Notes under the pieces: generated by a model
Database searches by the model: none
What the model saw: the letters and a program-made list of their open reading frames with translations, nothing else
What the model was told of the DNA's origin: nothing
Assembly: GCA_963706285.1 (NCBI GenBank)
Contig: CAVPLU010000013.1
Location: 104,762 to 168,761, forward strand
DNA: 64,000 nucleotides
DNA from: Candidatus Bathyarchaeota archaeon
Lineage (GTDB): Archaea > Thermoproteota > Bathyarchaeia > 40CM-2-53-6
Reading direction: 5' to 3'
Shown here: positions 40,203 through 50,622 of the stretch, in pieces
How the letters are laid out: every line of letters starts with the position of its first letter
Position numbering within the stretch: position 1 is the first letter of the stretch
Program-made: the position numbers and the translations under genes

Positions 40203-41205
40203 TTAGCGCCCCTGAACGGATTCTAGGCTTAGGTAATCGAACGTGGGTGGAGGCGCATCTGTGCCTCTGGCTCCACGCCGGAGAGTTATCGCTCTCCTTG
40301 CCGGGCCAGGGACAGTGCCGTTTATCATTACGTATTCAGCTTTGATTTCTCCGTATCTGATGAATCCTCCCTTCGGCGTCACGTCCTTGCCCTCCTGCCC
40401 GATCTTGACCACTTGCTTGTTGTACTCGGTCCTCTGATGGAAACCCATCTGCCCTGCGCGTGGAACTGAATACATGACATAGTGAGGAGTCCATCCTCCA
40501 ATCGAGCCGACCTGCCTAACCGTCTTTCTTGCCTTGTGAAACTTGCGACGAATTCCAAATCGTTTCACTGGCCCTTGAATCCCTTTACCCTTAGTTACCC
40601 CGATCACGTCTAGCCAGTCGCCTTCCTTGAAGGTGTCAGAGATCTTGACCTCCTTCCCAAGTTGATTTCGGGCATACTCGAATTGCTCTCTTGGCGTCGC
40701 AGCCGCCCAGTTTCACTTCGAGGAGTTCAGGCGTCTTCCTGCCGAGGCGGACTATCTTAGGCTGGGTTGCTAGCAGTATTCTGATCTCGCTGAGCTTTTC
40801 AAGTGAAGACTCTATTTTCGTCAGCCTTTCGCCGTGATTGATAGATTCTGGCAAGGACAGAAGACGCATCAATTCCTTCTGCGGTTTCTCCATCCAAGCC
40901 TCGCCAAGCGTCTGAAGCCCTTTCGGAGTCTTCACGTAGGCTCTCAGCGCCACTGCAACCATCGGTGGTGTCTCGACGATCGTGATTGGAAACGAAATCT
41001 CCTTTCCAAATGTGAGAGAGCCTTCTCTATTGTCAACCCCAACGGCGGTTCTCATCCCCGCCTTGTACCCAACAAATGCCAACGGCTTCGCCTCTTTGAT
41101 GCCGGTCGGCCAGTATCTTACATGCCCGATCCAGCTGGAGGCTCTCGCTCTCGGAAGGTATGCAAGTGAACCTCGTCTTGGAGCAGAAACTTTCCTGTGT
41201 CCCAT
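40203..41205 (-). CDS. rpl3: 50S ribosomal protein uL3 (shift near 40702)
   Basis: PRRGSL, GYKAGM, TKGKG, GQMGFHQRTEYNK. Confidence 0.97.
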
Positions 41206-41215
41206 GTCAGCTCAC

Positions 41216-42101
41216 CTATCCGCTAATTGTATTCAAGAATGCAAGAGCCGAGTAGACCGCTTCTTCAGTTCGGACGCTCTGCGTTCCTTGATCTGGAACA
41301 AAGTTCACAGTGAATGCTGCAACCGTGCTGAGTTTCATGACCCTCTTGTGCGATGATCTCATGAAGTCCTCGTTTCGGGGAGCCGAATGCAAGGAGTACA
41401 CTGGAAGCTCCCGTTATCGATGTCCTCAATTGCTCAAGCACTGCGTCCACTTTCTCTCCGAGTCTTGACGTGGCGATAACCACGTCCGGCCCGCTCTCTT
41501 GAATGAACCTCCCCAGAGGAAGGTTCTTCAACGTAACCCGGAAGCCCCAATATATGTCTATCCGGCTGTGATCGATCAACTCAGCGACGATCTTCGGAGC
41601 CACTCTGTTGATCCGAACAGACACACGAGATCCACGATCGAGTCTTGCAGGGATTTCCGCGAGCGATCCAACTCCGATGTCAACCCGACTAATTTGCGCG
41701 TTCACCTCCGTCACCACTCCCTCTCTGAGGTCGCCGACCTTCAAATCGGATGGTCTGGGAGAGACTGGATGATTAGGAGTGCGAAGAGGCGGGAGAATCC
41801 CCGCGAAACGCAACTCAGGATTCATTCGCACCAGATGCTTTCTCAAGTGTTGGGGCGTTTCCATGTAGCTAAGCACTGAGTCAATGAAGTGTCCTTGACT
41901 TGCTGATTCACCAGCCGGTAGGTCGGCGTAGATCACAACTTCGTCGACTCTGAAGATTCCGAGCGCCCGCCCAAGGAAACCGAGCCGACTCGTCTTTTCC
42001 CGGAGGTGAGGGATGTCGGCGACGAATGAACATGGAACCGCCACCGTGAGCTTCCATCGTCTCTTAAGAGGAGGAGCGTACGCCTGCCCGAGCGCGTTCA
42101 T
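41216..42101 (-). CDS. SPOUT RNA methyltransferase DUF171 (shift near 41335)
   Basis: IFRVDEV, ETPQHLRK, GILPPLRTPNH, NFVPDQGTQSVRTEEA. Confidence 0.9.
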
Positions 42102-42191
42102 ATCTGAAGTACCGAGTCAAGAGAATGAAGGTTGGACTGATGTACTTTGCTTGTCTCGGGACTAGTAGGGTGCTCGAAATCCAGATCGGGT

Positions 42192-42635
42192 TCAGAGATC
42201 AAGGATATACCGGGCGACGTACCCTTTCCGAGCAGCGCTTACTTCCATTCGATGATAGGTGACCGCCTTTATCTCAACCTTCGCAGGATGGCGACCCCTC
42301 ACGAAGATGCCTCCCTGTGCCTCCGCGACAAGGCGCACATTTTCGTTCTGTTCCTCGATCTTCTCTACATGAAACTTCGAATAGACTTTTCCATCTAGGT
42401 CAAACTTCAGCAGGAGCTGCTCAAGCCAATCGTGAAGGAGAGAGACCCGATCATGAGCAGTCACCTCAAACTGATCTGTGAATTCGGACTTGATCGCGGT
42501 CGGATCGGTCATAACATCGAACATTGCAAACGCAGACTCCTCAAAAACGGCAGCAAGCGTCGGCGCATGCACTTCGACATACGCATCAGTCATGTGTGGT
42601 AGAAGCTTGTGTCGTGAACGCCCCTGCTTTGGCAT
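42192..42635 (-). CDS. Archease (RtcB tRNA-ligase cofactor)
   Basis: HMTDA, EIKAVTYH, C-terminal ILDL. Confidence 0.93.
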   Translation of the reverse strand: MPKQGRSRHKLLPHMTDAYVEVHAPTLAAVFEESAFAMFDVMTDPTAIKSEFTDQFEVTAHDRVSLLHDWLEQLLLKFDLDGKVYSKFHVEKIEEQNENVRLVAEAQGGIFVRGRHPAKVEIKAVTYHRMEVSAARKGYVARYILDL

Positions 42636-42773
42636 GAGATCTTCGACATGACAACCGTATTCGGACGTAAATGCGTTCTTGCGCGCCTCACTTGTCAACT
42701 CGGACAGTTTCCGTCGGCAAAGTCTTTTAGATGACTCGGTCTCGATACAGATCTTGTGGTGCCGGGAACACCT

Positions 42774-42931
42774 GCCGGGATATGAGTGATAGTCTCGCAT
42801 CCCGAAGGCCGAGTGGATTAACGACCCATGGTGGTCGGTCTATAGGCGCAGGCCTTGAGTCCGCAAAATGCCGGTCTGGAGAGCCTGTGGCCCTTTGGGC
42901 CTCGGGGGTTCGAATCCCTCTCCCGGCGCCA
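42774..42931 (+). tRNA. tRNA-Ser(TGA) with three introns
   Basis: Removing 42782-42806 (8/9), 42821-42843 (21/22) and 42860-42881 (37/38) gives an 88-nt cloverleaf with long variable arm, G73 and CCA. Confidence 0.9.
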
Positions 42932-42939
42932 AATCTACG

Positions 42940-43461
42940 TGACAGAGCGGCAAGACTGCACGAACCGGAGGGAGCAATACTCGTGCCCTACACGCTCGAA
43001 GATCTCACTCGTCTTACTGTAAAACGGAATTTCTGCATACTTGCAACCCATGGGCTTTACGGGCCTCATATGGCTGGCGTTTGTTACTTACTCGCGATCT
43101 TGACCTCTACATTCCAACTAGCGCAAATACGTCTAAAGCTCGTAACATCCGGCGCATCCAGAGGGTAGCAGTTCACATTCCTGTGCCTTGGCCAAGGATA
43201 CCTGCTCCACAATTCAGTTTCGAGGAAATGCTGAGATCCTGCCCATTAGCGATGCCAACGCCAATGGAGGCAATCGATCGAGCATCTCGTGCTATGCGTG
43301 GCGTCTTTCGTCGTCTTATTGAAAACGTCGACACACAGAAGTGGGGAGAGATTATCTGGATACATGTTCGCCCCAGAAAGCGCATCGAGACTTCCATGAT
43401 CGGTGTACCCTTGACAATCATCTTCCTGACGAGGAAAAGGCCATGCTCCATTTCGACGTAA
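42940..43461 (+). pseudogene. Pyridoxamine-5'-phosphate-oxidase-like FMN-binding protein, multiply frameshifted
   Basis: FCILAT..GPHMAGVCY, then LYIPT..TSKARNI in another frame. Could be assembly errors. Confidence 0.5.
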
Positions 43462-43508
43462 CGTGGATTGTTAGAACAGGGTGCCGTCAGAATTACGTTG
43501 AAATGAGG

Positions 43509-44484
43509 TCAAACGTACGCTTTCTTGAAGTACCTGTACTCGGCTACTTTCTTTGCGTCATCGATGGCTCTCGCTGTTACAAGTGCCTCATCGGCACTGC
43601 ATAGCGGCGCGATCACCGATCCTTTCTTGACAGATTCCGCAAAGCGTTGAAGCATGATGTTGATGGGTTCCTCCCTCGGAAGCTCAAAGGTCGTCTCCAC
43701 ATTCCTTGAGAGCTGTTCGAGATCCTCGAAACTTTGGGGCCTCTTGCGAAGTTTAGGTGGAGGAAACCCAATCTTAAGGGCGGCGGGGGTGTACGTAACC
43801 TCATAGTACTCCTGGTCGGTGTCAAGTTCGAGACGACGTCTACGTATGTTCGTGCGCCGAACCTCGACGTTCGATCTCGTATTTCCGTAGTCAAGTTCGA
43901 CCATGCATTCGTACTCTGGTTTTCCTTCTTGCTCAGTCGTCAGAATTGCGCTCCTGACTCTAGGCTCTGCACGGAAGAGATGGTAAGCCATGTCAATACT
44001 GTGGGAACCCAAATCTAGGAGCACCCCTGCGCCATCGGTCGATGATGGAGCCATGCCAATACGGATCTCTCTCGATCTCACAACATCCTTGAGATCGGCG
44101 ATTTCACGTAGCTTCACAATCGCGGGGTTCACACGCTCGACGTAACCCACGATCACCAGCCTTCCCGATCGTTTCTGAGCTTCAACAATCTGGAGACTCT
44201 GGCCAATGGTCGCTCCCATTGGTTTCTCGACGAAGATATCAAGACCATGTTCAAGGGCACTCACCGCAATCTTCGCATGACTTGAAGGCCACGTCGCGAC
44301 CACAAGGACGGAGAGATCAAGCTTGAGGAGAGCGTCGAGATCTGTGAAGGTTCGGAAGGGTGCTTCACTCAATTGAGCTGGATTTGAGTCATAGACACCC
44401 TCGAACTTTGAATCCAAGCTCGGCGAGTTTGCGTGCAATGAGCTTTCCTCTGCCCCCGAAACCTGCGATTCCGAAACTCTCCAC
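43509..44484 (-). CDS. Gfo/Idh/MocA oxidoreductase (shift near 44398)
   Basis: GIAGFGGRG in the upstream frame, VEKPM, GYVERVNP, DLGSHSID. Confidence 0.88.
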
Positions 44485-44648
44485 ACGTTTCACCCATCGC
44501 TGTTGACTGTGCAACGCCACCTAAAGATATGGCGTGCGCTTCAGTCGGCTCAACGGGCAAAGATCACCTCACGCCACCCACGGGGCGAGTACAATGTGTC
44601 CGCCATTTGAGCAAGTGTTTTCTGTGTACTCAGGCATCATTCAAAGAC

Positions 44649-44900
44649 ATGGCCCCAGTGAAACCTCTGGTTTCGTACCTACTGCTATTGGTCGATGTTG
44701 GCAGGGAGCATAGCGTCGCGAAGGAGCTGCGGAGACTTCCCGGCGTCACAGAAGCGCAAGTTGTCTATGGAGAATTTGACGTCGTGGCCAGAATTGAACT
44801 AGGCGAGGTCGCACTTATGGATGAGACAATAACCATGGCTCGCAAGCTGCCGGGGGTCACAAGGACTTCAACTCTAATCTCTTCGGGGATCCAGATCTAG
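44649..44900 (+). CDS. Stand-alone Lrp/AsnC ligand-binding domain
   Basis: VYGEFDVVARI, GVTRTSTLI. Confidence 0.88.
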   Translation: MAPVKPLVSYLLLLVDVGREHSVAKELRRLPGVTEAQVVYGEFDVVARIELGEVALMDETITMARKLPGVTRTSTLISSGIQI

Positions 44901-45048
44901 AAATCCACTCTCATTGCGGGCCAGGGAACGTATAGGTTCTGGTTCGAGTCTGCACCTTGTGATATCGAAACGTCCGCCGCCTAGCTATTTCTGCTAGATG
45001 ACAGAGAGACCACATACCCACGTTTGGCCGGTAGAGCACCGTCTTCGG

Positions 45049-45450
45049 CTAAAGATACTTCTTCAGGACCGCTTCAATTTGCTCTTTCGGCACGGCACCA
45101 ATTATCCGTTCGGCCTCGACTCCATTCTTGATGATCAAGATCGTCGGTATGCTTTGTATATTATACTTCATTGCAGTTGACGGATTCTCGTCCACATTCA
45201 GTTTCGCGAAAGTCATCGCTGAACCATACTCTCTGGCCAATTCCTCCACAATAGGCGCTATCATCCGACACGGGTAGCACCAAGCAGCCCAACAGTCCAC
45301 CGCGACAATTGGATTTGCCTTTATTGTCGTGTCGAAATTGGCGTCAGTAATCTCGATTGGGTCTCGCTTTGGGGCCGACGGTTGGGGCTTGTCGGAACGG
45401 CTCATCATCTCACTGATCTTTCGGGTTCTTATCCGCTCCAGTTCATCCAT
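45049..45450 (-). CDS. trxA: Thioredoxin
   Basis: WAAWCYPC, KLNVDEN, IQSIPT. Confidence 0.95.
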   Translation of the reverse strand: MDELERIRTRKISEMMSRSDKPQPSAPKRDPIEITDANFDTTIKANPIVAVDCWAAWCYPCRMIAPIVEELAREYGSAMTFAKLNVDENPSTAMKYNIQSIPTILIIKNGVEAERIIGAVPKEQIEAVLKKYL

Positions 45451-45563
45451 CGTGTGACGCACGGCATCAACCGGAAATGCAGGCACTGATATTAGGGTGA
45501 CTATCTCCGTAAGATCAAACGAACAGCGTCCCTTCTTTGATGGTCAAAATTCATGGATGTCGA

Positions 45564-46943
45564 CTAAGTGCTCTCGTAAGCTCCAGCAAGCGACCGCAGC
45601 TTTCCGACAGGTCTCGTGAGCATTGCGCGTTGATTCTTGGCAGACTGGGTTGAACGCGAAAACGAAGTGGATACCTGTGGAGCGGTGCCGTTCTGGGAAA
45701 CGGATTCTCCGAGGCTCTTGGTGAGACTACGAAAGAGGTTCCTGGTTTGTTCCGGATATATCGTTTTGATGAACAGGGCTAGCCAGATTAGTTGCCGGCC
45801 TGCTGCAAACCATTGCACTGGACTGGTGGGAGCAAGGGGATTTCCCAGGTTCAACGGAGAGCTGAACCATAGTACGATTACTAGTGCGTTCATTATTTCG
45901 GCGAGATAGATTATCGGCAATGAGATTGTTGGTATGAGAACATAGAATGGGAGGAGTATGAGAGCCATTTGAGGTGTGACGACGTAGCTGCCCACAAGCC
46001 ACGCTATATTCATGAGGAAAGAGCGTTCGATTACTCGAGTTGGACGATCCTTGTATTGTTTCTTGAGTGTGCCTGTGACGCCCTTGTAGACGAGGTAGAG
46101 AAGAACTGCCAGGGCTAGATAGTGGGCATTTGGATCCATTTGATTGAAGATGAAGATAAGCCAGGAATCCTCTATCCCCCATCCTGCATGATATGTCCAT
46201 GTTTCAAACCAGCCTGGGAAGTTCGCTAGAATGAAGGGAAGATTGAGCAACGCGAAAACAGCGACTGGCGCGAGGAGAGCTTTCAATCTGCCCTTCCAGT
46301 TGCTTTCCTCAAGCATGTATACTGGAATCAACATACATGGGTAGAGCTTCGCTGCTATTCCGAATCCCAGACTAAGCGCTGATTTCGTCTTGTCACCTTT
46401 CAGATGATAATAGATTGACAGAGTGGCGAAGAAGATTGCAATTATGTCCCAGTTGTAGACTGTGAACATTAGAAAAGACGGGGCAATTAGGAAGGCCTTC
46501 CAGATCCTTCCTTTCTCGACCCCGAGGAGACGAACCATCTTGTACGTGACTATGATTGTTCCAATGGCAAAAAGGTAGAGCACGCCGTCCATCGCTAGAA
46601 CGTAGCAGTTAAGCGCGGTGGAGAAATCCGGGACATAGAGTCGTACTGAGGAAGTAACATACACTAGGAAACCAACGAGCACGGGATATTCGAACATGAA
46701 CTGATAGTACGGTATCAGATGTGGGCCAGTTCCAATCCCGTTGCGCCAGAAGACGCTCGCTATGTCGGTGTAGTGATTTGGAACAACCGCCGGCAGGTGT
46801 TCCCACACGCCAACTAGGAAAACCATCGTCGCGGCGGCCAGTATCTCGATCAGCTCACGCTGAGATCCATTCCCTGCGCTTTGCCGATCCATGCCTCTTA
46901 ACCCGGCTCTAAACGAATGATGAAAAGGTGTAAGATTTTCCAT
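45564..46943 (-). CDS. GT-C fold membrane glycosyltransferase (GT87/DUF2029-like)
   Basis: YTDI, FEYPV, YNWD, AAKLYP, many transmembrane helices. Confidence 0.8.
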   Translation of the reverse strand: MENLTPFHHSFRAGLRGMDRQSAGNGSQRELIEILAAATMVFLVGVWEHLPAVVPNHYTDIASVFWRNGIGTGPHLIPYYQFMFEYPVLVGFLVYVTSSVRLYVPDFSTALNCYVLAMDGVLYLFAIGTIIVTYKMVRLLGVEKGRIWKAFLIAPSFLMFTVYNWDIIAIFFATLSIYYHLKGDKTKSALSLGFGIAAKLYPCMLIPVYMLEESNWKGRLKALLAPVAVFALLNLPFILANFPGWFETWTYHAGWGIEDSWLIFIFNQMDPNAHYLALAVLLYLVYKGVTGTLKKQYKDRPTRVIERSFLMNIAWLVGSYVVTPQMALILLPFYVLIPTISLPIIYLAEIMNALVIVLWFSSPLNLGNPLAPTSPVQWFAAGRQLIWLALFIKTIYPEQTRNLFRSLTKSLGESVSQNGTAPQVSTSFSRSTQSAKNQRAMLTRPVGKLRSLAGAYEST

Positions 46944-47101
46944 ATCTGTCTGTTGGTTCTCGCTGATCGATTATGAACTCCAACAAAACCTGAATAACCT
47001 GACAACGGGAGAACGCACGCCATTCCGCGAGCCATCAATCAGGAAGTACGATTCGACAGCTCGTTTGAGCTCTCACGAGAGCGATCTGCCAAGGGCCTGC
47101 T

Positions 47102-47662
47102 TCAGGCGTATGATATTAGGGCCTTTTCTTCAAGAGTCTTCTGCAATATTCCGATGGCTCTGTTGACTTCCGCCTCCTTCTTCGCACCTGTACAAACGAG
47201 TTTGCCGCTTGCAAAGAGGAGAATGACAACTTTCGGGTCGACCATTCTGTAGATCAAACCCGGAAACTGCTCGGGCTCGTACATCGTTTTCTGCAGCGAA
47301 TATGTTGATTTCTCGAGGTCGATACTGCCGCCGAGTCCGGCGGAAGCGACAATGTTCTGGATTTGGGTTTCCGGTTTTCCTAAGATGACTATTCCATTTC
47401 TCTTGAGCTCGTCGACGACTTTTGTAACTGCCTTCCTTGCCTGCCTTTCAGACTTCGCTCCAGTGCAAACCATCTTCCCAGAACTGAAGATTAACGTCGC
47501 AGTCTTCGGCTTCTTGAGACGATACACAAGTCCAGGGAACTGTTCAGGCCTGTACTCGACTCCTGGAAACACTCGCACGATCGAGTTCAGGTCTATGTTC
47601 TGTTTCAGTGTTGCTGACGCGACGACGTTCTCTATGTTGATGAATTCTTTCCCTTTGGGCAA
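47102..47662 (-). CDS. tbp: TATA-box binding protein
   Basis: Two repeats NV/IVASA...YxPEQFPGL...IFSSGKMVCTGAK. Confidence 0.98.
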   Translation of the reverse strand: MPKGKEFINIENVVASATLKQNIDLNSIVRVFPGVEYRPEQFPGLVYRLKKPKTATLIFSSGKMVCTGAKSERQARKAVTKVVDELKRNGIVILGKPETQIQNIVASAGLGGSIDLEKSTYSLQKTMYEPEQFPGLIYRMVDPKVVILLFASGKLVCTGAKKEAEVNRAIGILQKTLEEKALISYA

Positions 47663-47768
47663 AGGGCGTCGACTCCAGCGCTATTTAAAGGCGATTTATA
47701 AAGGAAGATTATATAAACACGCCTCAGCCCCCAGCGACTTTCTCAACTTGGACCGATCGCGACATGAC

Positions 47769-48362
47769 CTACTCATGAATTGAATTCGACAATTGGCTCC
47801 GCGACCTGCTGCTCTTTCTTGAATCGTAGTACTCGAAGACAATCATGAGAAAGATCAGGAATGCTATCAGAATGATACCCAAGGGGCCCTGAAGCGCCAA
47901 AGTGACATATCCGACATACGGGATCTTCGTAACTAGGACTCCTTTCACGTTGGCCTCGGGAACGCCTGGCGACCAAGGATCTGCTGCCGAATTGTGATCC
48001 CCCTTCGTTTGAAAGTACAACGTGTTCCCTTCCTTGACTATTCCGATTACTCGATGTATGATGTCAATCGAACCGCTTGGGCTTCTGAAAATGATGATTG
48101 TACCGACCGTTATCGTACTCGGGTCTACACCTTTGACGATCACTATGTCGCCTACGTTTAGTGTGGGCACCATGCTTGTGCTTGGGACCACCATTATCGG
48201 TGATTCTGTCTTCATTGCAACTCTCGCAACAGCCATTCCACCATACGTGATTAGGAAGACCAGTCCTACTAGGATTGCAACACGAGCGATCGGATTCTTC
48301 TTGATGATGACGAGAATGTGACTCAGTGTGCTAGGCCCCGCAACTTTCGGGCCTCCTGTCAA
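47769..48362 (-). CDS. sec11: Signal peptidase I (Sec11 type)
   Basis: STSMVP, IIHRV, TKGDHN. Confidence 0.93.
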   Translation of the reverse strand: MTGGPKVAGPSTLSHILVIIKKNPIARVAILVGLVFLITYGGMAVARVAMKTESPIMVVPSTSMVPTLNVGDIVIVKGVDPSTITVGTIIIFRSPSGSIDIIHRVIGIVKEGNTLYFQTKGDHNSAADPWSPGVPEANVKGVLVTKIPYVGYVTLALQGPLGIILIAFLIFLMIVFEYYDSRKSSRSRSQLSNSIHE

Positions 48363-48423
48363 AGCGTCCCTTAGATATCAGTTTCGCCCTGAGAATGCAG
48401 CGCTGCTAGAAAACCCTTCATCA

Positions 48424-48765
48424 TCAATGTAGTTCGTCCTGCATGGTTTGGATTAGCTTCACAAGTTCCGCAGTCATCCTTTCGCCTGCTGAAAGGAATT
48501 CAAGACCGTTTTGCGTGATTTGATATATCCTTCTCCCGCGTCCTTTCTCGGATTCCCAGACACCTTCGATTCTGCCGCTGTCCTCAAGCGAGTGCAGCAA
48601 TGGGTACAATGTTCCGGCACTAAGATAGACTTTGAACCTGTCTCGTATGGCCATGTTGATCTCGTATCCCCAACGAGGTTTCGCTTTGAGAAGGCGGAGT
48701 ATGATCAAGTCTAGGTTGGCCTTAACCGAACGTTCCCTCCAAGCTTTCTCAACATCTCTGGCCAT
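48424..48765 (-). CDS. PadR family regulator
   Basis: WGYEI, SAGTLYPLLHSLE, RRIYQIT. Confidence 0.93.
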   Translation of the reverse strand: MARDVEKAWRERSVKANLDLIILRLLKAKPRWGYEINMAIRDRFKVYLSAGTLYPLLHSLEDSGRIEGVWESEKGRGRRIYQITQNGLEFLSAGERMTAELVKLIQTMQDELH

Positions 48766-48921
48766 CTGGAAGAACTCCGCATCGAGTCAACTGAGACGTT
48801 TGTGCAATTGGTGGATGACCGTAAGTGGCTCGCGCATATATTTGAGTTGAGGCCCTCGGTGACCTGACACTTCGACTAGCAACTCTATAATAGCACACAA
48901 TCAGACGCGATAGCGTGCAAT

Positions 48922-50032
48922 ATGTTCCGGCTCACCCATCTGAATCCGAGTGATCAGGATGAGATGCACGAGAGACTCTCTTGGTATGAGAAGGTCTCAA
49001 GGAACCTTCGCCCCGCAAAATACCAAATTGCCAGACGGGTGGCATGTGACATTGATTTGGACAAAGCGCCTGACGAAATACTATGGAAAGAACACAAACG
49101 CCTCAGTGAGGCGGCCCGTACCCTGTTGAATGCACTGGACTCAGAGAAACGCACTCTTGCGGAAACACCCCTAGCCCGGATCAGTTACCTGGATCTAAAG
49201 GTGAAACTGCTTAGACAAATGATCCGCCGATGCGTGTTCTGCGAATGGAGGTGCGAAGTCGACCGCGTCTCTGGAATGAAGAAGGGTGCGTGCAAACTCG
49301 ATAGCACGAGTCGGGTGAGCACTTGGTTTCCTCATTTTGGCGAAGAACCACCACTGGTAGGTCGAGGCGGATCGGGCACGATATTCTTCAGTTCATGCAC
49401 ATTCAGGTGCGCATTCTGTCAAAACTGGGACATATCCCAAGATCCATTGAGTGGGGCACCTGTCGATTCTGGACAGTTGGCACTCATCATAAGAAGTCTC
49501 AGCGCGGACGGAGTCTTGAATGTCAACTTTGTCGGAGGAGACCCCACTCCAAACCTGCACACCATAGTCGAAGCGATGAACCAGCTCGACTTGAACGTAC
49601 CTATGCTATGGAATAGTAACATGTACTGCTCCCAGGAGACGATGCAGCATACTTGCAGATCTCATAGACATATGGTTGCCCGACTTCAAGTACGGGAACG
49701 ACACGTGTGCCATCAGACTTTCCAAGGCCCCGCGATATCTCGAAGTTGTTGCCAGAAACCATGAATTCGCACAACTGAATGGAGACATGATCATTCGACA
49801 CCTCGTGATGCCGAAACATTTTGAATGTTGCACCAAACCCGTTCTTCGTTGGGTGTCGGAGCATTGTCCGCGGGCGCTCGTGAACATAATGGGGCAATAC
49901 CGTCCCGACTACAAGGTTTCGACTGAGCGCTCCAATTACTCGGAGATCACGAGGAGACCAACTGCCGAGGAGATGAGAGCTGCCTACGAATACGCCGACG
50001 CTGTCGGTCTAGTGTATTCGCCAGTATCGTAG
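48922..50032 (+). CDS. Radical SAM protein, PflX-like (shift near 49650)
   Basis: CTFRCAFC, HFGEE, GSGTIFF, PDFKYG, IIRHLVMP. Confidence 0.9.
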
Positions 50033-50042
50033 GATGCGGGAA

Positions 50043-50609
50043 CTATTTCGTAGCGTATTTTGCGACTGCTTCCTTGAAGATGTCTCTTCCAGTTACGTCG
50101 TTCGCTACTATCGCCGGAAAATCGCGAACCGTTAAGCGTCGAATCGCCTCGGTCCCAAGATCCTCGAAGGCAATCAATTCAGACTTCACGACTTGTCTAC
50201 CGAGCAGCGCACCAGTCCCGCCGATTGCTACCAGATAGACAGCTTTGAATTTCTTCATAGCGTCGATTACTTCGGGGGCTCTTGGGCCTTTGCCTATAGT
50301 CGCTTTCAGGCCAAGCTCGACGAGCCTGGGAGTGTAAGGGTCCATTCGATACGATGTAGTTGGGCCAGCTGCTCCAATGGGTCTTCCCGGACGCGGCGGC
50401 GTCGGTCCCACATAGTATATGACTTCGCCTTTCAGCGAAAATGGAAGATCCTTCTTTGTTTCAATGAGCTCGAAAAGTCGCTTATGCGCTGCATCGCGTG
50501 CAGTGTAGATTGCGCCATCAATGAGGACTTTGTCACCAATCTGAAGACTGGACACGTCTGAGTCGTTCAGAGGAGGTTTCAACTTGATTGTTCTAACCGG
50601 TTCAGACAT
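50043..50609 (-). CDS. Class I fumarate hydratase / tartrate dehydratase beta subunit
   Basis: TARDAAH, GPTTSYRM, IGKG. Confidence 0.92.
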   Translation of the reverse strand: MSEPVRTIKLKPPLNDSDVSSLQIGDKVLIDGAIYTARDAAHKRLFELIETKKDLPFSLKGEVIYYVGPTPPRPGRPIGAAGPTTSYRMDPYTPRLVELGLKATIGKGPRAPEVIDAMKKFKAVYLVAIGGTGALLGRQVVKSELIAFEDLGTEAIRRLTVRDFPAIVANDVTGRDIFKEAVAKYATK

Positions 50610-50622
50610 CGCAATCTCCTCC

